From assembly GCA_045597005.1 (NCBI GenBank), contig JAZODJ010000022.1, positions 51,379 through 115,378 of the forward strand: a stretch of 64,000 bases of DNA. Direction: 5' to 3'. The translations under genes and the position numbers were made by a program. The notes under the pieces were generated by a model that worked only from the letters and a program-made list of their open reading frames with translations, did no database searches and was not told the origin of the DNA. This document shows, in pieces, positions 50,484-59,062 of the stretch. The DNA comes from Alphaproteobacteria bacterium (GTDB taxonomy: Bacteria; Pseudomonadota; Alphaproteobacteria; RF32; CAG-239). How positions within the stretch are numbered: position 1 is the stretch's first letter; the number at the start of each line of letters is the position of its first letter.

Positions 50484-51350
50484 CTACATCTCATAATCAG
50501 ATCTTTTTTCAACAGATCTGCTTTTACGCAATTTCACCGTCACTTTACCATCTAATCTTAAATCAATGATAGTTAATTTACGCTTAAGAATTCCCCTAGT
50601 CTCATCTAACTTTAATAATTTTTTCCATGCTTTTTCTAAATTATCTTCAGGCAATTTAACCGTAACACCATTTCGAATATCATCTAAAATAATATTCCAT
50701 CTTCTCTTTGATATAAAATTAGCAACCTTAATACGATCAAAATACTGAGGACTAACTTCTTTTACCATCTTTATAAAAGATAAAATATTTTCTGCAGCAC
50801 CGGCTCCTACAACCAATAAAATTGGCTTATCCGGACGATAATCCGCTTCAATAACATATCCGTCCATATCAAGAGGATAAAATTTTTCATTCAATTGCCA
50901 TATTGCCAAAATATCTTTTTCTTTAATTTCTATTTTTAATACATTAGGAAAAAAATTTATAGAAACATCAACATCTCTAACCCATGGTAAAAATTCCAAT
51001 TTTCTTTTAATATCTTTAACATCAACAGCTAAAAGATTATCTCCCCTGTGCAATTCCAAAACTTTATTAATTTCATCTATGGTGGTTCGAACACGCCCGG
51101 TTACCACAATATCTTCAAGAGCAAAAGCTTTATTCCCCACATAATTTAAAACAGAAACTTTAAACTCATCAATTTTTTTATTAACCAAATCATTTTTTAA
51201 AACAACAATCAATATTGCTATAACAAACGAACAAACCAAAACAAACAACGTTGCTTTAAGCCTTGCCGGCCATTCACAAACCGGCAAAACAATCTTATTA
51301 TTCGTTTGTTTTTGTTCGTTTTCTTTTTGCATATTATTTAACAATACCAA
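50484..51350 (-). CDS. ftsQ: Cell division protein FtsQ
   Basis: Single N-terminal TM helix followed by a POTRA-like domain (IVVTGRVRTTIDEINKVLELHRGDNLLAVD). Positioned between murB and ftsA. Confidence 0.7.
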   Translation of the reverse strand: MVLLNNMQKENEQKQTNNKIVLPVCEWPARLKATLFVLVCSFVIAILIVVLKNDLVNKKIDEFKVSVLNYVGNKAFALEDIVVTGRVRTTIDEINKVLELHRGDNLLAVDVKDIKRKLEFLPWVRDVDVSINFFPNVLKIEIKEKDILAIWQLNEKFYPLDMDGYVIEADYRPDKPILLVVGAGAAENILSFIKMVKEVSPQYFDRIKVANFISKRRWNIILDDIRNGVTVKLPEDNLEKAWKKLLKLDETRGILKRKLTIIDLRLDGKVTVKLRKSRSVEKRSDYEM

Positions 51351-52257
51351 CTCTTTTTATTTCCCATTCCAAATCAATGGATGTTTTCTTTTTCACATTA
51401 TCTACAATTTTATTACCTAAATCTTCTATATCCTTAGCCTTTGCATTTCCCTTATTTATCAAAAAATTGCAATGAACGTCCGAAACCTCAGCATCATTTA
51501 CCTTAAAATTATTACTTCCTGTTTTTTTAATCAATTCCCAAGCTTTTAATCCTTCAGGGTTCTTAAATGTTGATCCGGCAGTTTTAACATTATGTGGTTG
51601 ATTTTTCATTCTATACGCTTTGTGTTCATCAATTATCTGTAAAGTTTTTTGTGCATCCTGTTTTTCTACATTTAATATCAACGATGTTACTATCCATTCC
51701 TCAGGAAAAAAACTACATCTGTATCCCAAATTAAAATCGCTTGCCGCAACCTCTATCTCTTCACCCTCTGCATTTATAACTGTTGCTCCAAGCAAAACAT
51801 CTTTTAATTCTTTTCCAAAACATCCGGCATTTGTTTTAATTGCTCCCCCCAATGTCCCCGGTATTGACACCAAAAACTCCAAACCGCCAATTCCACTATC
51901 TGTCATAATTTTTTTCAATTCGGAATTTTTCATTCCGGCACCACAAAACAACTTATTTTCGCTAAGTTTATATTTTTTATAAAATTTTGAAGACAATTTT
52001 ATAACAACTCCGGGAATACCCCCATCTCTTACTAAAATATTAGAACCGCCACCAATAACGAAAATAGGCAAATTATACGGCTTGTGTTTCATAAAATGAC
52101 AAAGATCATCATTATCTTCAGGGTAAAACATAACTTCTGCAGGACCTCCTACCCCAAACCAAGTATATTTATGAAGAGGTTCGTCGCAAACATATTTTCC
52201 TTTTACTTTAGGTAAAATATTCAATAAATTATTTTTTTTCTTATTAAACCACAACAC
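51334..52257 (-). CDS. murB: UDP-N-acetylenolpyruvoylglucosamine reductase MurB
   Basis: TWFGVGGPAEVMF and VIGGGSNILVRDGGIPGVVI (FAD-binding), plus GSTFKNP. Overlaps the ftsQ start by 17 nt. Confidence 0.85.
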   Translation of the reverse strand: MLWFNKKKNNLLNILPKVKGKYVCDEPLHKYTWFGVGGPAEVMFYPEDNDDLCHFMKHKPYNLPIFVIGGGSNILVRDGGIPGVVIKLSSKFYKKYKLSENKLFCGAGMKNSELKKIMTDSGIGGLEFLVSIPGTLGGAIKTNAGCFGKELKDVLLGATVINAEGEEIEVAASDFNLGYRCSFFPEEWIVTSLILNVEKQDAQKTLQIIDEHKAYRMKNQPHNVKTAGSTFKNPEGLKAWELIKKTGSNNFKVNDAEVSDVHCNFLINKGNAKAKDIEDLGNKIVDNVKKKTSIDLEWEIKRVGIVK

Positions 52258-52277
52258 AACCCGATCTCCCTTAAATG

Positions 52278-53369
52278 TTATATTTTTTCAACAACATCAG
52301 CCAAACGTTCTGCCGCATCAATAATAGCTATTTTTTTTGTCGCAATTGACATTTTTTTCATTTTTTGCGGATTAGCCATAAAATCTTGTAAAATATCTTT
52401 TACTTTTTGAGATGAAAAATCTTTTTGTTCAACAATCAACCCAGCTTCATCAATCGCAAAATCTTTAGCATTATAATACTGATGATTATCTGCTGCTGAC
52501 GGCAAAGGCACCAAAACCGACGGCAACCCGACTGCCGCAATTTCATATACTGACGATGCACCGGAACGAGATATTATCATGTGTGCTTTTTTATACAAAT
52601 CAGGCATATTATCAAAAAATGATTTCACTTCTACTTCAGATAAACTACTATCATACTTTGCAACCAGTTCACTTTCTTCACCACGTCTGCACTGTTGATA
52701 TATAATTAATCTTTTTTGCTCTTTTTCAGACAACATCTTAATTGCATCCGGAACAACTTCAGCAAAAATTTTAGCTCCTTGCGAACCACCTAAAACAACC
52801 AAACATATTTTACTATTTTCATCGGGCTCGACATACTCTCTTTCAAATAATGCAGCTATTGATTTTCTTATCGGCATACCGCTCAAAAATGTTTTAACAT
52901 TTGTTGGTGTATTTTTTACATTTCGAAAACTCTGAGCAACTACTGTTGCAAATCGTGCCAAAATTCGATTCGTTCTGCTCATAACGGAATTTTGTTCGTG
53001 TATTATCAACGGAATTCTCATAATGACAGCAGCAATAGCCGTGGGAAACGAAGCATATCCGCCAAACCCGACAACACATTTCGGACGAAACTTAATCAAC
53101 AAAACAATTGCTTGCAAAATTCCAAAAGAAACCTTAAACAAACTCATAATTTTTGTAATCACTGATTTTCCGACAACACTACCCGACCAAATTGACTTAT
53201 TTTCAATTTCACCAAGTTTTCCTTTATAATTATTCAGCCCTCTTTTATCAGTAAACAATATTACTTTATATCCGCGTTTTTCTAGCGCTGTAGCCAGAGC
53301 ATCTGCCGGATATACATGCCCTCCGGTTCCTCCGGCCGTTAACACAACTAACTTATTATCCTTCATCAT
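52278..53369 (-). CDS. murG: UDP-GlcNAc:lipid I GlcNAc transferase MurG
   Basis: LTAGGTGGHVYPADALA (G-loop), GGYASFP, HEQN and GGSQGA motifs. Confidence 0.9.
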   Translation of the reverse strand: MMKDNKLVVLTAGGTGGHVYPADALATALEKRGYKVILFTDKRGLNNYKGKLGEIENKSIWSGSVVGKSVITKIMSLFKVSFGILQAIVLLIKFRPKCVVGFGGYASFPTAIAAVIMRIPLIIHEQNSVMSRTNRILARFATVVAQSFRNVKNTPTNVKTFLSGMPIRKSIAALFEREYVEPDENSKICLVVLGGSQGAKIFAEVVPDAIKMLSEKEQKRLIIYQQCRRGEESELVAKYDSSLSEVEVKSFFDNMPDLYKKAHMIISRSGASSVYEIAAVGLPSVLVPLPSAADNHQYYNAKDFAIDEAGLIVEQKDFSSQKVKDILQDFMANPQKMKKMSIATKKIAIIDAAERLADVVEKI

Positions 53370-54507
53370 CTCGATTCTCCGCATGAATATTTTTTCTGGT
53401 TAACGCCAACAACATCCCCATTCCTATTGTAGCTCCCAATAATGATGACCCGCCATATGAAATCAACGGTAAAGCCATCCCCTTTGTCGGTCCCAATTGC
53501 AATGTAGAAGCCATATTAACTAATGCCTGCAAACCAAAACTCACAGCCAAACCGCAAACTGATAATACAATAAACATATTATCATCTTTTCCTGACAATT
53601 TCATAGACCTCAACACAATCAATGCATAAGCCGCAACAATCATCAAGCAAAATATCATTCCGAATTCCTCTGCCGCAACCGGAAAAATAAAATCAGTATG
53701 AGCATCGGGAATATGCCATTTTACCACACCTTCTCCAACACCGACACCAAACCAACCGCCATTTTGAAATGCTTCTAATGATCTTTTTACCTGATATGAC
53801 GGTTCTCCATTAAAAATACCGCTTACAAATTGATCTACACGATTTTGTACATGTGATACTGTCAAATAACCTAAACCCAAAGCTCCAACAGCAATCAAAA
53901 CCAAAAACATAACAATTTTCAAAGATCCACCGGCTAAAAAAAACTGAGCTAACCAAACAACCGCCACGACAATCATCATCCCCCAATCCGGCTGACTACG
54001 TAGCAACGAACATGTCAAAACGCACAAAACAACACTGATTATTATCCCTGGAAAATTTTTATATCGTCGCTGCATTTCAAACAACCACGCGGTAACAACA
54101 ACAAACATAGGCTTCAAAAATTCAGACGGTTGAATTTGTATACCAATATCTATCCATCGTTTTGCTCCTTTAGCCTCAACGCCCCAAAACAGTGTAGCCA
54201 AAACCAAAACAAAAGCTCCGACATACCCCAAAATTGCAAAACGTCTTATCCACTTTAAGCCCAACAAAGAAAAAGCCAACATAACACCGGAGGCTATACA
54301 TAAATAAAACCCGTGTCTGTAAACAAAGCGATAAGTACTCCACCCATGCCCTTCGGCTACTGCCGGTGATGCTGAAAAGCTCAATATAACCCCGCAAGCC
54401 AACAAAAATACTATGCCCGATAACAACCATTTATCAATAGTCCACCACCAATTAGCAACAATATTTTTGCTTGAACGTGAAAAAGACAAAAACACTTTAT
54501 CCCCCAC
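53356..54507 (-). CDS. ftsW: Lipid II flippase/peptidoglycan polymerase FtsW (SEDS family)
   Basis: 10-TM SEDS protein with RWIDIGIQIQPSEFLK, HTDFIFPVAAEEFG and PTKGMALPLISYGGSS. Positioned between mraY and murG. Confidence 0.85.
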   Translation of the reverse strand: MGDKVFLSFSRSSKNIVANWWWTIDKWLLSGIVFLLACGVILSFSASPAVAEGHGWSTYRFVYRHGFYLCIASGVMLAFSLLGLKWIRRFAILGYVGAFVLVLATLFWGVEAKGAKRWIDIGIQIQPSEFLKPMFVVVTAWLFEMQRRYKNFPGIIISVVLCVLTCSLLRSQPDWGMMIVVAVVWLAQFFLAGGSLKIVMFLVLIAVGALGLGYLTVSHVQNRVDQFVSGIFNGEPSYQVKRSLEAFQNGGWFGVGVGEGVVKWHIPDAHTDFIFPVAAEEFGMIFCLMIVAAYALIVLRSMKLSGKDDNMFIVLSVCGLAVSFGLQALVNMASTLQLGPTKGMALPLISYGGSSLLGATIGMGMLLALTRKNIHAENRDDEG

Positions 54508-54515
54508 TCCTCAAA

Positions 54516-55592
54516 TTACTTACAATACAAACTAACCAAAGCTAAAACAGCTAAAACTATCCCAATTAACCAAAACCTGAACACAACCTTTGTTTCCGGC
54601 CAACCTAATTGTTCAAAATGATGATGTATCGGAGCCATTTTAAAAAATCTTTTTCCACCGGTATACTTAAACCAACCGACTTGTATCATTACAGATATCG
54701 ATTCCATTACAAAAACGCCACCAGCAACAGCCAACAACAATTCTTGTTTAAGCATAACGGCAACCAATCCTAAAAAAGCCCCCAAAGCTAAAGATCCCGT
54801 GTCACCCATAAATACTTGTGCCGGCTTTGCATTAAACCATAAAAATCCTAAACAGCCTCCAACAACAGCCGCACACATAACGGCAACATCTGAACAACCG
54901 GGAATGGAAGATACATTATATTGAGAAGCATAAACACCTCCTGCAATATACGCCAATATCATAAACACAACAAATACAAAACTTAACAGACCAGATGCCA
55001 AACCATCTAATCCATCACTCAAATTAACCCCATTAGATGCACCGGCAATTACAATCATTGCAAAGGGAATATAAAACCACCAAATATCAATACCCCAATT
55101 TGAAATATAGGGAATATTAACAATAAATCTGACATTTTCAGGAGTATTATATGTTACCAACAAAATCGCAACCATTGCTGTCGCAAACTGCAACAATAAT
55201 TTCATTTTCGCTGTCATAGCATTAGACGATTGCTTTGTTACTTTCAGATAATCATCCACAAACCCAACCAAACCAAAAATAACCAATACGGCTATCCCGA
55301 CCCAAACAAAAATATTTTTTAAATCGCAAAATAAAACAAATGCAAAAACAGATGCCACCAAAATCATAATTCCGCCCATTGTCGGCGTACCTTTTTTTGT
55401 TTCCAAATGAGATTGTGGCCCATCCTCTCTGATAGGTTGTCCTTTCTTTTGATGTTTATGCAAAAAATCTATCAATTTTCCGCCAAAGACAAGTGCCAAA
55501 AACAATGACACAAAAAAAGCTCCAAAACACCGCAATGCCAAAGTAGCAGATACGGAAGAAACACCCAAAACATCAAACAAATAAAGTAACAT
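54516..55592 (-). CDS. mraY: Phospho-N-acetylmuramoyl-pentapeptide transferase MraY
   Basis: KKGTPTMGGIMIL, NGVNLSDGLDGLA, MGDTGSLALG and MAPIHHHFE motifs. Confidence 0.95.
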   Translation of the reverse strand: MLLYLFDVLGVSSVSATLALRCFGAFFVSLFLALVFGGKLIDFLHKHQKKGQPIREDGPQSHLETKKGTPTMGGIMILVASVFAFVLFCDLKNIFVWVGIAVLVIFGLVGFVDDYLKVTKQSSNAMTAKMKLLLQFATAMVAILLVTYNTPENVRFIVNIPYISNWGIDIWWFYIPFAMIVIAGASNGVNLSDGLDGLASGLLSFVFVVFMILAYIAGGVYASQYNVSSIPGCSDVAVMCAAVVGGCLGFLWFNAKPAQVFMGDTGSLALGAFLGLVAVMLKQELLLAVAGGVFVMESISVMIQVGWFKYTGGKRFFKMAPIHHHFEQLGWPETKVVFRFWLIGIVLAVLALVSLYCK

Positions 55593-55770
55593 ATTTTCAC
55601 CCTTATAAAAAATCCTGTTTAGGCTAAACTATCATTCAATTCTAAACAAATATTAAATAGAAACAGTTATGATTAAAATAATTGCAAAAACATCTGTTTT
55701 TTCTGCAACAAAAGCTTCTTGCTTTTAAGCATGTTTGTTTCTATATTACAAAATGCAAAAGGAGAAAAAA

Positions 55771-56994
55771 ATGCAAACCGGAGCCAGATATCAAGCTGTT
55801 TTAGAAATATTGACCGAAGTTTTCAAAAACGAAACACCAGCAGACAAAATAATCAATGATTATTTGCGCAATCGAAAATATATAGGTTCCAAAGACAGAC
55901 GTTTTATTGTTGAACTTACTTGGAATATTATACGTAATCGACTAAAATTATCTTTCGATTCTCAATACGATGATCCCAGACATATTTTACTTTATGCTCT
56001 TTGCGATAAGTTAGAAGATGTTTTTGACGATTCAACATATGGAATATCTCCTCTGACACCTGAAGAAAAATTATGGCTTAAAAAAGTAAAAGATATAAAT
56101 GAAACTGTTTACCCTGATTATATTGAAGCAGAATGTCCATTATGGATTTTTGAAAAAATACAAAATATCGATTTATGCAAATCATTAAATCAACCGGCAA
56201 CAACAGACATTCGTTCACACAACATCGGCCGTGAAGAACTTCAAAATAAGCTGGCTACGGAAGGGATTGAAGCGACTAAAGGGGGCTATTCTCCATACTG
56301 CCTTAAAATTAACGAACGTCTGGTATTAAACAACTGTATGGCTTGGCATGATGGTTTTTTTGATATTCAAGACGAATCAAGCCAAATTGCTTCTGTTTTA
56401 ATAGATGCCAAACCGGAACATAAAATTATTGATTATTGTTGCGGTGCCGGAGGCAAATCACTTGCTGTAAGTAACATCTTAAAAAACAAAGGAAATATAT
56501 TGGCTTATGACATAGATGCAAAGAGGCTTGAAAATATAAAACCGAGAATAAAACGCCTAAATGTCAAAAATATCGAATTAACCGATATAATTGCCGATTC
56601 CGACAAAGATTTTGATCGTTTCATTCTTGACGCACCTTGTTCAGGCTCCGGAACATGGCGCCGTTCGCCGGATGCTAAATTTCGCCTCACCAAAGAAAAG
56701 TTATTCGGACTTACCAAAATTCAATCAAACCTATTGAACATCGCCGCATCCAAAACCAAACTTAACGGCCACATAATATACATAACTTGCTCTATCCTAA
56801 AAGATGAAAACGAGAATATTATAGAAAGTTTCTTAAATACAAATCCCGAATTTTCCCCCATAAATATACAACAACTCTGGAAACAAAAAATATCGGCTCC
56901 CTATCCTTGCTCTTCGGATATTTATCTTCGTATGTCTCCTCTTACAACAGGCACAGACGGATTCTTTGTCTGCATCTTAAAAAAGACATCCTAA
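55771..56994 (+). CDS. rsmB: 16S rRNA m5C methyltransferase, RsmB/Sun family
   Basis: N-terminal NusB-like region. SAM-binding IDYCCGAGGKS, and the catalytic pair DAPCSGSGTWRRSPD and YITCS. aaggag SD before ATG 55771. Confidence 0.8.
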   Translation: MQTGARYQAVLEILTEVFKNETPADKIINDYLRNRKYIGSKDRRFIVELTWNIIRNRLKLSFDSQYDDPRHILLYALCDKLEDVFDDSTYGISPLTPEEKLWLKKVKDINETVYPDYIEAECPLWIFEKIQNIDLCKSLNQPATTDIRSHNIGREELQNKLATEGIEATKGGYSPYCLKINERLVLNNCMAWHDGFFDIQDESSQIASVLIDAKPEHKIIDYCCGAGGKSLAVSNILKNKGNILAYDIDAKRLENIKPRIKRLNVKNIELTDIIADSDKDFDRFILDAPCSGSGTWRRSPDAKFRLTKEKLFGLTKIQSNLLNIAASKTKLNGHIIYITCSILKDENENIIESFLNTNPEFSPINIQQLWKQKISAPYPCSSDIYLRMSPLTTGTDGFFVCILKKTS

Positions 56995-57314
56995 TTTGCA
57001 CTATTTTTCTTGTATATATAAGAAATTATTTCAGCAACAGCCGCAAATGCTTCTATGGGGATTTCCTGATTGATATCAACAGCCTTCAAAATTTGCAGCA
57101 AGTCCGCATCCTGTTTTATTTCGATTCCTTCTTTTTGAGCAATTGCAATTATTTTTTTTGCAATATCCCCTTGCCCTTTTGCTAAAACTATCGGAGCGTT
57201 ATCCTTATTTTGATCATACCCTAATGCCACAGCATAATCACTGTCCTTGCTTGTGGAAAAATCGGAAGCACCGTTGTCTTCATCTTCAAATATGCTATTA
57301 TCTCTCTCAGACAT
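56991..57314 (-). CDS. FlhB C-terminal-domain-like protein (EscU/YscU/HrcU-family fragment, FhlB type)
   Basis: 107 aa. AVALGYDQNKDNAPIVLAKGQGDIAKKIIAIAQKEGIEIKQDADLLQIL...IPIEAFAAVAEIISYIY mirrors the post-NPTH half of FlhB, which in this window ends AVAEVINYVM. Confidence 0.7.
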   Translation of the reverse strand: MSERDNSIFEDEDNGASDFSTSKDSDYAVALGYDQNKDNAPIVLAKGQGDIAKKIIAIAQKEGIEIKQDADLLQILKAVDINQEIPIEAFAAVAEIISYIYKKNSAN

Positions 57315-57382
57315 GATAACTCCGTTTGTATTTTATCTGTATTGATAATATGTTCAACAAACAAAGTTTTCAAGTTGTTTTT

Positions 57383-57398
57383 TGGCATACAACTTGCA
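57383..57398 (+). promoter_or_regulatory. Sigma-54 (RpoN) -24/-12 promoter for flgB-flgC-fliE
   Basis: TGGCAT-acaac-TTGCA matches the TGGCAC-N5-TTGCW consensus with exact spacing. It lies 50 nt upstream of the flgB ATG (57448). Confidence 0.55.
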
Positions 57399-57447
57399 TG
57401 TTGTTTAGATGAGGGGACATCTAAACTTTAACTTAGGGGAATATTGT

Positions 57448-57870
57448 ATGGATTTGCAGAATCTTACAGTTTTTAGCATGGCTAATCAAAATATGAAATA
57501 TTTATCGGCAAAAGAACGTATAATTGCCGCAAATATTGCTAATGCATCAACCCCAAACTATCTTCCGCAAGATATAACCAAACCGACATTTTTCAGCAAT
57601 TTAAAGGTCGAAAAACCTTTACTGGATATAAAAACAACCCATAACAAACATATCGGTAGTCTGGTATCTCAAACAAAACCGAAAAATAACGGTCCGTTTA
57701 TCTATACCCCTCAACCCACAAATGCACTTACCATTGATGGAAACGGAGTGGTATTGGAAGACCAAATGAACGAAGCCAGCAAGGCCAGTTCCGAATACAA
57801 AAGAATGATTACAATTTATAACTCGTACAAAAATATGCTCTCGGTAGCTAACACCAAAATTAGCGGATAA
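57448..57870 (+). CDS. flgB: Flagellar proximal rod protein FlgB
   Basis: LSAKERIIAANIANASTPNY (rod N-terminal motif) and the flgB-flgC-fliE order. Start at ATG 57448 behind agggga; the track starts at 57409. Confidence 0.85.
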   Translation: MDLQNLTVFSMANQNMKYLSAKERIIAANIANASTPNYLPQDITKPTFFSNLKVEKPLLDIKTTHNKHIGSLVSQTKPKNNGPFIYTPQPTNALTIDGNGVVLEDQMNEASKASSEYKRMITIYNSYKNMLSVANTKISG

Positions 57871-57876
57871 TGAAAA

Positions 57877-58290
57877 ATGGCTGGTAATTTATCATTAAGT
57901 GCAGATATCGCATCTTCCGGAATGAAGGCTCAAGCAGAACGCTTGAAAGTCATATCGCAAAATATGGCAAATGTCGATTCTGTATCTGCCGAACCGGGAG
58001 GAGAACCATATCGTCGCCAAGTGGTAAGTTTTCAAAACTATATTGATCCCGAAACCGGAGCGCAAAAGGTTCGTGTCGACAAAATAGTAAAAGATATGTC
58101 ACCTTTTGAAAAAAAGTATGATCCCAATCATCCGGCTGCAGATGCCAATGGTTATGTATCATTACCCAATGTCAACACATTGGTTGAAATGATGGATATG
58201 AAAGAAGCACAACGAGTTTATGATGCTAATTTAAATATGCTGAAAACAGCAAGAGAAATGAATTCCAGCGTATTAGATATATTAAAATAA
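57877..58290 (+). CDS. flgC: Flagellar proximal rod protein FlgC
   Basis: SGMKAQAERLKVISQNMANVDS, HPAADANGYVSLPNVN and VEMMDMKEAQRVYDANL are canonical FlgC blocks. Confidence 0.9.
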   Translation: MAGNLSLSADIASSGMKAQAERLKVISQNMANVDSVSAEPGGEPYRRQVVSFQNYIDPETGAQKVRVDKIVKDMSPFEKKYDPNHPAADANGYVSLPNVNTLVEMMDMKEAQRVYDANLNMLKTAREMNSSVLDILK

Positions 58291-58305
58291 AAAGGGGAAT
58301 AAAAA

Positions 58306-58626
58306 GTGGTTAACAGCGTAACTAATGCACTAAACGCATATCAAACGGCTCTAAACAGGATCAACAACACACCTGCAACACCCAAAGCTCAATCACTCAA
58401 TGAGCCTAAAGAAACTTTTGGACAGGTTTTAAGCAACATTGTTGAAAACGCTGTAGATTCCCAAAAGCAAGCAGAGATAACAACCATCAACGGCATTGCC
58501 GGCAAAGCGGATATTCAAGATGTTGTTTTAGCTATATCCAACGCAGAACAAGCATTAGAAACTGTTGTTGCTGTTCGTGATACAGCAATCAAAGCTTATA
58601 ATTCAATTATGCAAATGAACATTTAA
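58306..58626 (+). CDS. fliE: Flagellar hook-basal body complex protein FliE
   Basis: 106 aa with a GTG start behind aagggga. FGQVLSNIVENAV and the C-terminal LETVVAVRDTAIKAYNSIMQMNI match the FliE pattern. Confidence 0.8.
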   Translation: MVNSVTNALNAYQTALNRINNTPATPKAQSLNEPKETFGQVLSNIVENAVDSQKQAEITTINGIAGKADIQDVVLAISNAEQALETVVAVRDTAIKAYNSIMQMNI

Positions 58627-58685
58627 TTTGCTCCGGTTTTCTTAAAAAACTATAATATCATTCAGATGAGCCTTTCCCTTTCTGT

Positions 58686-59050
58686 CATCCAAAGGAGCCT
58701 TTTTTCTTTTGTCATTCAGAGGAGCCACCCCTCCCTCTGTCATTCAGAGGAGCCGACAGGCGACGAAGAATCCATAAAATCAGAGACTCTTCGCGTTACT
58801 CAGAGTGACATAAAATGGATTGCTTCAGCGCAAGCGCTTCGCAATGACTTTTCATTCTCTGTCACTGCGAGGAGTGACAACGACGAAGCAGTCCATAAAA
58901 AGGAGTGGATTCCTTCGTCGCTATCGCGCCTCGGAATGACATAGGGGAAAAAATCTTCCTCGCTGCAACATAAAAAAATAAAAGCTGTCTCGAAACAATA
59001 TAAAATTACCATCATGCCTCCGAACGAAGTGAGGTCAGGGCATCTTCAAT
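58686..59050. repeat. Cluster of REP/MITE-like imperfect palindromic units
   Basis: At least seven ~30-35 nt units of the type gtcaYtc.gaggagY....cgacgaag.a.tcc occur in both orientations. Examples are gtcattcagaggagccgacaggcgacgaagaatcc, its inverted partners ...cttcgcgttactcagagtgac and ggattgcttcagcgcaagcgcttcgcaatgac, and gtcactgcgaggagtgacaacgacgaagcagtcc / ggattccttcgtcgctatcgcgcctcggaatgac. Track ORFs 58666..58944(+) and 58800..59015(-) are translations of these repeats. Confidence 0.8.
58859..58986 (+). repeat. Flanking direct repeat, copy A (3' side of the flagellin gene)
   Basis: 128 nt (tctgtcactgcgaggagtgacaacgacgaagcagtcc...cctcgctgcaacataaaaaaataaaagc). By eye it aligns with 61328-61453 with 4-5 substitutions and one 2-nt indel. 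Confidence 0.85.
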
Positions 59051-59062
59051 ATTTCGCTATTC

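Noticed and set aside
58666-59015. ORFs 58666..58944(+) and 58800..59015(-), and similarly 61193..61495(-) and 61230..61526(+), considered as small protein genes
   Set aside because: They run through the palindromic repeat units on both strands simultaneously. Peptides such as VIPRRDSDEGI and VTARSDNDEAV are just translated repeats. They lack SD sequences and overlap each other, so they are treated as repeat-derived artefacts.
58686-59050. Possible CRISPR array, because of many short repeated units
   Set aside because: The units are imperfect, occur in both orientations as hairpin partners, have irregular spacing, and have no unique spacers of constant length. There are no cas genes nearby.
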